From: Alphaproteobacteria bacterium | GTDB lineage: Bacteria > Pseudomonadota > Alphaproteobacteria > MPNO01 > UBA830 | Direction of reading: 5' to 3' | DNA length: 64,000 nt | NCBI GenBank assembly: GCA_965243135.1 | Contig: OZ251539.1 | Coordinates: forward strand, 608,001-672,000 | Shown: one piece after another, positions 1 through 8,507 of the stretch | How positions within the stretch are numbered: position 1 is the stretch's first letter | How the letters are laid out: each line of letters starts with the position of its first letter | Translations under genes and position numbers: made by a program | Notes under the pieces: model-generated | Seen by the model: only the letters and a program-made list of their open reading frames with translations | The model's database searches: none | Told to the model about the DNA's origin: nothing

Positions 1-156
1 CTGAATTTTTAATTCATTGTTCCGCATCTTGGCTTCTTGGAGAATATCGAGGCCACGCCCTAACGTCACCCACGCAGTTGCAATCCGGATACCGGATGTC
101 GCTTCAAGGCGCTTTTTAAACTGTCGCAAAACCTGTTCAGATGTGGTGAGAAACAT
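1..156 (-). CDS. N-terminal part (runs off window) of a probable PLD-like nuclease / restriction-endonuclease PLD-domain protein
   Basis: Hand translation MFLTTSEQVLRQFKKRLEATSGIRIATAWVTLGRGLDILQEAK...; GGAAGG RBS; AT-richer than neighbours; IxIAxAW resembles PLDc_2 N-termini. Confidence 0.45.
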   Translation of the reverse strand, partial: MFLTTSEQVLRQFKKRLEATSGIRIATAWVTLGRGLDILQEAKMRNNELKIQ

Positions 157-183
157 TGCCTTCCCCAAAAAAGGCGACGCGCT

Positions 184-783
184 TCAGTCGTCGCGCGTGT
201 CCGGTAGCCAGCCTGGGCCCGCCAGCATCGGCTCCAGATCGCCATCGTATTCGGGAGCGTTCTCGATCTGCTCCAACCAGTTCAGGCCCATCGCCTTGAA
301 GATGCGGTTGGTGATGACGATCAACCGCGCTTCCTTTTCAGGATCAGCGTTGAAATGCTGCTGGATGCAGTAGGCCGGAACGAAGATGAAGTCGCCGCGC
401 TCCCATTCGAACCGCCGCGGCTCTTCCTTCCATGACCAGTGGAAGTCGACGTCGACCTCGTATTCCACGTCCCAATGCAGGTCGTAGCCCTTGCCGTCGA
501 GCACGAAGAGGATCTGCTCGGCGAGTATCCGGCGCTTGCCGGAATGGCTGCCTGGAGGAATGAACTGCATGTACGCCTCGACGCAGTTCTCGGTCGTGCT
601 CTGCTTCTCGTGCACCATGTGCTTGATCAGCCCGTCCGGGGAATTCTCGAACGGCATGTCGGCGCCCTTCACCACCGAAAGGCGGCGGCGATACGTCTTG
701 CGGAACTCCGCCGACTCCTGGAGTTCCTCCGCGTACCATTTGCATTTGTTGGCGCCGATGTGGGCCATGTCGCGTTCGTGCAT
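184..783 (-). CDS. Cupin-domain protein (gentisate-dioxygenase-like half; first two His ligands apparently absent)
   Basis: ORF from MHERDMAH; cupin motifs MQFIPPGSHSGKRRILAEQILFVLDGKG and WERGDFIFVPAYCIQQHFN. Confidence 0.8.
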   Translation of the reverse strand: MHERDMAHIGANKCKWYAEELQESAEFRKTYRRRLSVVKGADMPFENSPDGLIKHMVHEKQSTTENCVEAYMQFIPPGSHSGKRRILAEQILFVLDGKGYDLHWDVEYEVDVDFHWSWKEEPRRFEWERGDFIFVPAYCIQQHFNADPEKEARLIVITNRIFKAMGLNWLEQIENAPEYDGDLEPMLAGPGWLPDTRDD

Positions 784-854
784 CGTGTCGGTCTCTTCGT
801 TGTTCCGGAAATTCCCCTTGCAGGGGGAACGCCGCGTAGCGCCTCGCGGCGATC

Positions 855-1454
855 CTACAGATCCGTGGGCGGTTCCCAGTGCTCCCATCCCGGAGCCGGC
901 TCCTTGGGCGGATACTTGGCGACCTTCTGAAACAGCATGTGCATGAAGAGGAACAGGGGTTTCGCCTTCATGACCAGGCAAACGAGATCTTCGGTGTCGG
1001 AAGCGTTGAAGTGCTGATGGACGCAGCCGTTCTCGACGATGATGATGTCGCCCGCCTCGTAGTCGTAGCGCTTGCCGTCGTGGATGTCGTATCCCCTGCC
1101 GGAGATAACGTAGAACAGGGCCGAATTCATGTGCCCGTGGCGCTGGCCGGTGCCGCCGGGCGCGATGACCGACAGGTGGGTTTCGATGGACTGGGCGATG
1201 TCGGTGCGCTGGGGGTTGACGATGGGCTTGTCGAAAAACTGCGGGCCGCCCTTCCACTGCCAGTCCCTGGACTTGTAGATGCGCGGCTGCTCCATCAATC
1301 CCTGCTGCAGTTCGCCGTAGGTTCCTTCCAGAGCGCGGACGAAGGTGCGCTTCCTCTGCCAGCGTTCCCAGACCACCTCCTTCGGACGGTTGTGGCCGAG
1401 CCCGGGTTCTTCCCTGACCTGCGCGGCGTCGACGTTGTCCGGTGTTTCGCCCAT
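855..1454 (-). CDS. Cupin-domain protein, 3-His metal site
   Basis: IAPGGTGQRHGHMNSALFYVISGRG...YEAGDIIIVENGCVHQHFN; start chosen at MGETPD. Confidence 0.85.
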   Translation of the reverse strand: MGETPDNVDAAQVREEPGLGHNRPKEVVWERWQRKRTFVRALEGTYGELQQGLMEQPRIYKSRDWQWKGGPQFFDKPIVNPQRTDIAQSIETHLSVIAPGGTGQRHGHMNSALFYVISGRGYDIHDGKRYDYEAGDIIIVENGCVHQHFNASDTEDLVCLVMKAKPLFLFMHMLFQKVAKYPPKEPAPGWEHWEPPTDL

Positions 1455-1529
1455 GATGATTCCCGTTTCCGTTCGTTCCGACGGCGCGATCATACAGAGG
1501 CGGCGGCCGAGATCAAAAGCGCCGCTTTC

Positions 1530-3086
1530 TCACGCCTCCGCCGCGAGCGGCTCGATCGCCGTCTCCCCGGCGGCGCGGCGTCCGGCCGTCCAGCCCGTTA
1601 TCAGGCATTCCGCGATGTTGCCGCCTGCGAGGTAGAGGTGGCCGAAGCAGCTTCCCATCTCGCCCGCGGCGTAAAGCCGCGGGATCGGGGCGCCGTGGAT
1701 GTCGACGATGCGTTGCAGCGCGTCGTGAACCGGGCCGCCTTGCGTGTTGGAAACGATCGGCCACATCTCGCCCGCGTAGAACGGCGGCGTCCGCAACGGC
1801 AGCATGGACCCCGGCGGCCGTCCGAACTCGTCGTCGTCGCCCGCGTCGGTCATCGCGTTCCAGCGCGCGACCGTGGCCTCGAGCGCATCCGCCGGGATGC
1901 CGGTCGCGGCTGCGAGCGCGTCCAGCGTCGTCGCGCGTTTGAGGATGCCGGCTTCGACCTCCCGGAGATTGTCGGCCGACCACTCCATCTCCACGCTCCG
2001 GTCGTTGTAGGCCGGGTTGCCCAGAGGGTAGAGCTTGCGGCCCTCGTCGTCGCAGATCATCCAGGCCGGGATGTTGCGGAAACGCTGCGTGACCGTGTCC
2101 ATGTCCTCGAACGGCCGGGCGCCCGTATCCTGCAGATAAGGCGGCTGCTCGTTCATGAAGCGCTTGCCTTCGCGGTTGACGAGGATCCATGCGACCGGCA
2201 CGTCCACCATGTCGGCGCCCGTCATGTTCGCGCCCGCCGCGCCGGGCACCCAGTCCGGAAAGCGCTTGACGCGGATGCCGTAGGGATAGGCCGGATCCGG
2301 GTGCCGGAACCCGTAGGAGCCATGGTAATGCCACATGTGCCAGAGATCCGCCCCGACTTCCTGCGCCATGCGGATCCCGTCCCCGGTGTTGTACTTGTTG
2401 GCGGCGGACAGAACCGGCCCGGCCTGCCAGTATTCCTGCTTCATGCGGTCGCTGGCCTCGAAGCCGCCCGCGGCGAGCACCACGCCGCGCCGCGCTCCGA
2501 GCCTCCGTTCGCCGCGGGGGCTGTCGTGAACGACGCCGCGCGCTTCGCGGTCCGCGGCGTAGATCAGCCGTTTCGCGGGCGACGACGATCGGATTTCGAC
2601 TCCCAATTCGTCGAGCTTCATCTGGAGGAGGCGGAACAGGTAGGGACCGCCCACGCGCCCTTTCACGTGCGGATAGAAGGCCCGTGCCTGGAAGTTCGGG
2701 ATCGAGTCCACGTGGCTGTAGTAGAAGGTCTCGCGGTGCGGGAAAGGATAGTTGCCGCCGCGCGGGCGCGTCGTGATTTCCGCGTCCGCGACCGTCGCCA
2801 GTTCCCTCAGATAGCCTTCCGCCAGCGCCATTCCCTCGGCGAGCGCGCGCAGGACGTCGTCGGGGATGCGCCCCGCGTTGGTGGCCTTGAGATAGGCGAA
2901 AGCGCGCTCCGGTTCGCGCGAACAGCAGACGGCGCCCTGCGAGCATATGGAGATGCCGCCCGGATCCGGCGCCTTCTCGAGAAGAGCGACCTGCGCGCCC
3001 GCCCGGGCGGCTTCGACGGCGGCAACCGCGCCGGCGAAACCGCAGCCGACGACGATCACGTCGCAGATTTCGTCGAACGCGGTCAT
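1530..3086 (-). CDS. FAD-dependent oxidoreductase, fumarate reductase / 3-ketosteroid dehydrogenase flavoprotein family
   Basis: DVIVVGCGFAG Rossmann motif, VVLAAGGFE, NTGDGIRMA, TQGG, RLYAAGE. Confidence 0.9.
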   Translation of the reverse strand: MTAFDEICDVIVVGCGFAGAVAAVEAARAGAQVALLEKAPDPGGISICSQGAVCCSREPERAFAYLKATNAGRIPDDVLRALAEGMALAEGYLRELATVADAEITTRPRGGNYPFPHRETFYYSHVDSIPNFQARAFYPHVKGRVGGPYLFRLLQMKLDELGVEIRSSSPAKRLIYAADREARGVVHDSPRGERRLGARRGVVLAAGGFEASDRMKQEYWQAGPVLSAANKYNTGDGIRMAQEVGADLWHMWHYHGSYGFRHPDPAYPYGIRVKRFPDWVPGAAGANMTGADMVDVPVAWILVNREGKRFMNEQPPYLQDTGARPFEDMDTVTQRFRNIPAWMICDDEGRKLYPLGNPAYNDRSVEMEWSADNLREVEAGILKRATTLDALAAATGIPADALEATVARWNAMTDAGDDDEFGRPPGSMLPLRTPPFYAGEMWPIVSNTQGGPVHDALQRIVDIHGAPIPRLYAAGEMGSCFGHLYLAGGNIAECLITGWTAGRRAAGETAIEPLAAEA

Positions 3087-3763
3087 TCGGGCTGTCTTTC
3101 GCCCGTCGAGCCGGGCGGGTCGGTCGCCGCGCGGCCGTCCTTGACGAGTTCCTTGACCAGGCCTGCGAGGGGCATGTTCTCTCGGTCGGACAATTTCTCC
3201 ATCGTCCGCATGTCCTTCAACGCCCAGACGAACGTCGCGCGGCGCGGCACCGTCGCCGGAACTCGCGGTGAGCGCCTTGCGCAGCTTCGGGAGGTCGGCG
3301 GCGAGCCGTCCCGCAGGGCGCAGCCGTTCACCCGCAGCAGGTGGTCGTTCATCATCCTGGCGACCTGCTCGCGGCAGGCGTCGCCCATACGCTCGGAGCA
3401 AAAGGTTCCGAACGCGCGTCGTCGACTCCGCCGACCAGCGCAAGCAAGGTTTCTTCGTCCGCCGCCCACCGGCGACCGACGCAGCGGGAAAGCCGACGCC
3501 CCGGTTGGCGCGGGCCGGACGCCGTCGACCGAAGCGTTGGAGCGCACCGCCGCGCAACCGCCCGCGTTCATGCCTTCGAGTGCGCCCTCCTCGCCGGTCA
3601 GGCAGGCGTAGACCTCGGGTTCGAACCCGACGGTATCGCTGCGGCGTTCGACCTCCGCGCCGCTCGACGCTTCGGCTGCGCCCGCTTTCCCCGCCGGTTT
3701 CGTCCGAGCCGCCGCGTCGAAGGCGGCGGCCTCGAAACCGCGTTTCACGAGGCGCCGGAGCAT
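3083..3763 (-). CDS. Hypothetical protein, possibly degenerate
   Basis: Fills the gap between co-oriented genes with an ATGA overlap to the next gene; middle section reads like out-of-frame sequence. Confidence 0.35.
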   Translation of the reverse strand: MLRRLVKRGFEAAAFDAAARTKPAGKAGAAEASSGAEVERRSDTVGFEPEVYACLTGEEGALEGMNAGGCAAVRSNASVDGVRPAPTGASAFPLRRSPVGGGRRNLACAGRRSRRRAFGTFCSERMGDACREQVARMMNDHLLRVNGCALRDGSPPTSRSCARRSPRVPATVPRRATFVWALKDMRTMEKLSDRENMPLAGLVKELVKDGRAATDPPGSTGERQPE

Positions 3764-3846
3764 GCGGCCCGGTCCGATGACGCCTCTCGCCGCATGCTTT
3801 TCTCCTCGCTCGCTCTTGCGCGTCCGCGCCGACGTTTGCCGACAGT

Positions 3847-5508
3847 TCAGTCGGCGCCGTAAATCTCGCGCGCCGCCCGCGGGGTGACGTAGCCTTCCTC
3901 GACGTCGCGGGCGAGCCGGGCGGGGTCGCGTCCGGCCGGATCTCCGAAGCCGCCGCCGCCGGCGGTTTCGAGGTAGAACTCCTGCCCGGCCTCCAGTTCG
4001 AACTTGCCGGCCGACGGCGTTTCTTCCTCGTCGTCGGCGCCGGCGCGGATCACGAACTTGCTGGCGCGGCCGTCGCGGCCGCCCCCGGTTCCCGGAGGCG
4101 GATACTTCCAGCGGTCGTATCGCCGCACGACCGTGCAGTCCTGCAGCGCCTTGTATCGTCGACGAAAGGCGACGCCGCCGCGGAATTCGCCCGCCCCGCC
4201 CGAGTCCGGCGTCACGTCGAACTCCGTGATGCGGCAGGGATACTCGCTCTCGATGATCTCGATCGGGGTGACGTGCAGATTGGAGAGATGCGTCGCGGTG
4301 GCGTTGCAGCCGTCGTTTCCGTTGCCGCCGCCGTAGGCGGAGCCGAGGATTTCGTATTGCAGCGTATTGTGGCCCGGCCTTCCGCCCCGATGCCAGTTGA
4401 CGGAAAGCGAGCCGGAAGAGCCCGAGCCGGCGATGGCGCGGGACGGGTTGAAGGTCGCGAGCGCCTCGAGGATCACGTCGGTCAGCTTCAGGTTGGCCTT
4501 CTGGTAGGACGACACCGGAGCGGGGCTTTCGGCGTTGGTCACGGTGCGCGGCGCGTAGATCATTTTCACCACGTCGCGCATTCCGTCGTTGAATTGCATC
4601 TCCGGGCCGAGGCAGCCGATCAGGGAATAGAATACGCAGGCCTCCACCATCGACGGCCGCAGATTGACCGGTCCCCTGGCCTGCGGCTGGGAATTCGAGA
4701 AGTCGAACGTGATCTCCTCGCCCTTCTTGACGACGGTCACGGCGAAGTACACGCCCCGATCGAGCGCCACCCCGTCGTCGTCCATGTAGCCGTCGGCGCT
4801 GGCCACGCCGTCGGGCAGGGCGGCGATGGCCGCGCGCATCTCCGCGGCCGCGCCTTCCAGGACGGCGGCGAACGAGTCCGCGACCGTGGCGACGCCGAAC
4901 CGGGCGCAGTGTTCCCGCATCCTGCTCGCGCCCATGACCGTTGCCGCGATCTGCGCGCGCACGTCGCCCCGCACGAGTTCCGGTTGCCGGCTGTTGGCGA
5001 GGATCAGGCGTTCCAGATCGGCGTCGTAGGTTCCTTCGTCGGCGATCTTGACCGGCGGCAGAACCAGTCCTTCCTGATAGATTTCGGTCGAGTTCGCCGA
5101 GGTGGAGCCCGGATTCGCGCCGCCCACGTCGGCCTTGTGCGCGCAGGAACCGGCGAAGCCCACCAGCTCGCCGCCGGCGCGGATCGGCGCGGCGAACGCC
5201 ATGTCGGAGACATGGGGGACGCCCGCTTCGTAAGGATGGTTCGACACGATCACGTCGCCGTCCTTCAACCCGTCCGCGCCGTACAGCGCGACCGCGCGGT
5301 CGACGAAGTGCTTGTAGAACGGGGCGTGAAAGAACATGGGCGGCGGCACGATCAGCCGTCCCTCCCGGTCGAGGATCACGCAGGAGAAGTCGCGGCTTTC
5401 GCGGATGATCGTGGAATAGCCGGACCGGTAGAAGTGGTAGTGCATCTCGTCGACAAGGCTCGCCACCTTGTTTCTGATGACCTGCACCGTGACGGGATCG
5501 ACCGGCAC
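3847..5508 (-). CDS. Hydantoinase B/oxoprolinase family protein
   Basis: RSGYSTIIRESRDFSC, NHPY..GVPH..D, HKADVGG..PGS, DSGGAGEFRGG, AGGGGFGDP. Confidence 0.95.
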   Translation of the reverse strand: MPVDPVTVQVIRNKVASLVDEMHYHFYRSGYSTIIRESRDFSCVILDREGRLIVPPPMFFHAPFYKHFVDRAVALYGADGLKDGDVIVSNHPYEAGVPHVSDMAFAAPIRAGGELVGFAGSCAHKADVGGANPGSTSANSTEIYQEGLVLPPVKIADEGTYDADLERLILANSRQPELVRGDVRAQIAATVMGASRMREHCARFGVATVADSFAAVLEGAAAEMRAAIAALPDGVASADGYMDDDGVALDRGVYFAVTVVKKGEEITFDFSNSQPQARGPVNLRPSMVEACVFYSLIGCLGPEMQFNDGMRDVVKMIYAPRTVTNAESPAPVSSYQKANLKLTDVILEALATFNPSRAIAGSGSSGSLSVNWHRGGRPGHNTLQYEILGSAYGGGNGNDGCNATATHLSNLHVTPIEIIESEYPCRITEFDVTPDSGGAGEFRGGVAFRRRYKALQDCTVVRRYDRWKYPPPGTGGGRDGRASKFVIRAGADDEEETPSAGKFELEAGQEFYLETAGGGGFGDPAGRDPARLARDVEEGYVTPRAAREIYGAD

Positions 5509-5509
5509 G

Positions 5510-7591
5510 TCAGGAGCTCCGCTCGAGCGCGAGGTTTCGCCGTCCGTCGACCCGGGCGCGCCAGCCCGCGGGCGCGACGGTCGTCGCGTCGCTCTGCTCG
5601 ATTATCGCCGGCCCTTCGACGACCGCGCCCGGCGGCAGTTCGCGCCGCGCCCATATCGCGGCGGCGGTCTCCGTTCCCGCGGCGAAGCGAACCGGGCGGA
5701 CGCCCATGCGGGCCTTCTCCGGCGCCGGCGTTTCCGCCGCCGCGGCGGCGTCCGCAGGCTCGTACTTCGGAACCGGAGCGCGCGCGCGAACCCGGTAGCT
5801 CACGATCTCGACGGGTTTCTCGGCGGCGGCGTGGCCGTGGATTCTCGCGTGGATTTCGTCGAAGCGCCGCCGCACGGCGTCCAGGGCCGCCGCGTCGATC
5901 CCGCCTTCGTTTTCCGGGCCGTCCATGGGGACGCGCAGTTCGTAGCCCTGGCCGGCGTAGCGGAGGTCGAGCTCCCGCAAATACCGGGCCGTTTCCGGAT
6001 CCATTCCCTCGGCTTCGAGTTCGGCGCGGGCGCGCCGCTCGAGTTCGCGGAAAACTTCTTCCGCATGGCCGGGCGGCGTCCGGTCGAGCGGACGCAGTCC
6101 CGACCGGACGTAATCGTGCACGACGTCGGTGCAAAGCAGGCCCAGCGCCGAAAAGGCCCCCGGGCGAGGCGGCACCAGGATCCGCTCCATGCCGAGTTCC
6201 TCGGCGACGGCCGCCGCATGAACGGCTCCCGCGCCGCCGAAGGGCAGCAGGGTGAACTCCTGGGGGTCGACGCCGCGCTTGGCGCCGAAGACGCGCACCT
6301 CGTCGGCCATGCGCATGTCGACGATCCGGCGAACGCCGCAGGCGGCCTCGATCGCCGACATCCCGAGCGCCTTGCCCACCTTTTCTTCCAGCGCCTGCAG
6401 CGCCGCGCCGCGGTCGAGCGTCTGCGCGCCGCCGAGAAAGTAGTCCGGGTTGAGGAAACCGCAGGCGACGTCGGCGTCGGTAACGGTGGGGTTCTCGCCG
6501 CCCCTGCCGTAGCAGGCGGGTCCGGGATCCGCCCCGGCGCTCCGGGGGCCGACGGCGAGCAGGCCGCCTCCGTCGACCCAGGCGATCGAGCCGCCGCCCG
6601 CCGAAATCGTCGTCAGGTCGAGGGCCGGGACGTCGAGCCGCCGCCTCGCGACCTCGCTTTCGGTGACTTCGAGCGGCGCTCCGTTTTCGATGAAGGCGAT
6701 GTCGCAGGACGTGCCTCCCATGTCGAGCGTCACAAGTCCGGCTTCGTCGGCGAGGTAGGCCGCAGCCTGCACGCCGGCCGCCGGTCCGGAGAACAGCGTG
6801 TGAACGGTCTTCGCGCCAGCGACGGCCGCGGCGAAGGGCATGACGCCGCCGTTGGACTGCATCAGGAAGCGCCGGCGGGTCGTGACGCCGCCGGCGTCGA
6901 GCCCGTCCGAGAGATCGCCGATATAGCGTACGAGCACCGGTTCCAGATAGGCGTTGAGCAAGGTCGTCGACATGCGCGGCCATTCGCGTATGCGCGGCAG
7001 GACTTCGGACGACAGCGACACGTGCGCGTCCGGCCATTCCTCCGCGATCAGTTCGCGCGTGCGCCGTTCGTGCGCAGGATTCATGAACGAGAAGAGATAG
7101 ACGACGGCAATGGAATCGACGCCCTTGTCCCGGAGTTCGCGGGCTGCGGCGCGGACCGCCTCTTCGTCCAACGGTTCGAGCTCGTTGCCTTCGAAGTCGA
7201 TTCGCCCGCCGGCCTCCCGGGTCAGGCTCTGGGGCGCGAGGTGGGGCGGCCGCTGGAAGAAATAGTCGAACGGGTTGCCGTCCCGCGCCTGCTGCTGGAT
7301 CTCCTGAATCGCGCGATACCCCTTCGTGATGAGCATGCCGGCGCGTGCGCCGCGCATCTCGAGAAGCGCGTTGGTCGTAATGGTGGTGCCGTGAGCGAAG
7401 AATTCGACGGCGCCGGGGCTCTTGCCGCGCGCGACGAAGCGGCCGATGCCGTCGAGCACGCCGAGCGCCGGGTTGGCGGGCGTCGACGAAACCTTTTCGA
7501 TCTCGATCGATCCGTCCGCCGAGTCGAGCAGCACGAGGTCGGTGTGCGTGCCGCCGACGTCGACGCCGAGGCGGTAGCGGTCTTTGTCCAT
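5510..7591 (-). CDS. Hydantoinase A/oxoprolinase family protein
   Basis: GVDVGGTHTD, HGTTITTNA, SGPAAG, DMGGTSCD, GPRSAGADPGPACY. Confidence 0.95.
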   Translation of the reverse strand: MDKDRYRLGVDVGGTHTDLVLLDSADGSIEIEKVSSTPANPALGVLDGIGRFVARGKSPGAVEFFAHGTTITTNALLEMRGARAGMLITKGYRAIQEIQQQARDGNPFDYFFQRPPHLAPQSLTREAGGRIDFEGNELEPLDEEAVRAAARELRDKGVDSIAVVYLFSFMNPAHERRTRELIAEEWPDAHVSLSSEVLPRIREWPRMSTTLLNAYLEPVLVRYIGDLSDGLDAGGVTTRRRFLMQSNGGVMPFAAAVAGAKTVHTLFSGPAAGVQAAAYLADEAGLVTLDMGGTSCDIAFIENGAPLEVTESEVARRRLDVPALDLTTISAGGGSIAWVDGGGLLAVGPRSAGADPGPACYGRGGENPTVTDADVACGFLNPDYFLGGAQTLDRGAALQALEEKVGKALGMSAIEAACGVRRIVDMRMADEVRVFGAKRGVDPQEFTLLPFGGAGAVHAAAVAEELGMERILVPPRPGAFSALGLLCTDVVHDYVRSGLRPLDRTPPGHAEEVFRELERRARAELEAEGMDPETARYLRELDLRYAGQGYELRVPMDGPENEGGIDAAALDAVRRRFDEIHARIHGHAAAEKPVEIVSYRVRARAPVPKYEPADAAAAAETPAPEKARMGVRPVRFAAGTETAAAIWARRELPPGAVVEGPAIIEQSDATTVAPAGWRARVDGRRNLALERSS

Positions 7592-7661
7592 GATTTCCGG
7601 TCGTCGCTTCTCGTTTCGTCGGCCCCGGAGCGTCAGCCGCCGCCTTCGGCCGCAGCGGACG

Positions 7662-8438
7662 CTATTTTGCGGGGCTCGCGAACGACGCGAGCGCCATCGT
7701 GCCGCCGTCCACGAACAGGTTGGCGCCGGCGACGAAGGAGGCGTCCTCGGAGGCGAGAAACAGCACCGCCTGTGCCTGTTCCTCCGGTTCGCCGGGACGT
7801 CCCAGCAGATTGTTCACCTTGCGGTTGCGGTCGAACACCTGTTCGCCTACCGGCGAGCCCGTCATGTTCGGCGAGACCTGGTTGACGATGATGCCGTACG
7901 GCGCGAGCTGGACCGCGAGCGATTGCGTCAGGTTGAACACGCCGCTCTTGGCGGCGGTATAGGCGAGCGCCGTCGGGCGGCCCTTGAAGCCCGAGGTCGA
8001 GCCGATGTTGACGATGCGGCCCTTGCGGCCGTTGTCGACCATCCATCTCGCGACCTGCTTCGTGACGTAGAAGGGGGACGAGAGCGTCACGTCGACGGTT
8101 CTGCGCCACTCGTCCTCGGTCAGTTCGAAGACGTTCTTGTTGTCGGAGACGGCGACATTGTTGACGAGTATGTCGACGCCGTCGAAGGCTTCGGTCACAG
8201 CGGTCACCATCGCGGCGATGTCGCCGGTGTCGGACACGTCGCAGACTACGGCGATCGCTTCTCCGCCGCCGGCCCGAATCGTTTCCGCGACCGACTCGGC
8301 GCGGCCTTCGTCCATGTCGACCACCGCAACCATGGCTCCTTCACGGGCGAACAGCTTCGCGATCTCCTCCCCGATATTGCGGCCCGCCCCGGTAACGATC
8401 GCCGCCTTGCCTTCAAGCTTCCCCGCGTTTCCTGCCAT
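7662..8438 (-). CDS. Short-chain dehydrogenase/reductase
   Basis: TGAGRNIG, DILVNN, YTAAK catalytic motif. Confidence 0.92.
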   Translation of the reverse strand: MAGNAGKLEGKAAIVTGAGRNIGEEIAKLFAREGAMVAVVDMDEGRAESVAETIRAGGGEAIAVVCDVSDTGDIAAMVTAVTEAFDGVDILVNNVAVSDNKNVFELTEDEWRRTVDVTLSSPFYVTKQVARWMVDNGRKGRIVNIGSTSGFKGRPTALAYTAAKSGVFNLTQSLAVQLAPYGIIVNQVSPNMTGSPVGEQVFDRNRKVNNLLGRPGEPEEQAQAVLFLASEDASFVAGANLFVDGGTMALASFASPAK

Positions 8439-8507
8439 CCCGTTTTCCTGTTTCCGCGCATGATCTATAACCCGGCACTTAACCGGGGAAGCACGGGAAA
8501 ATCAAGA

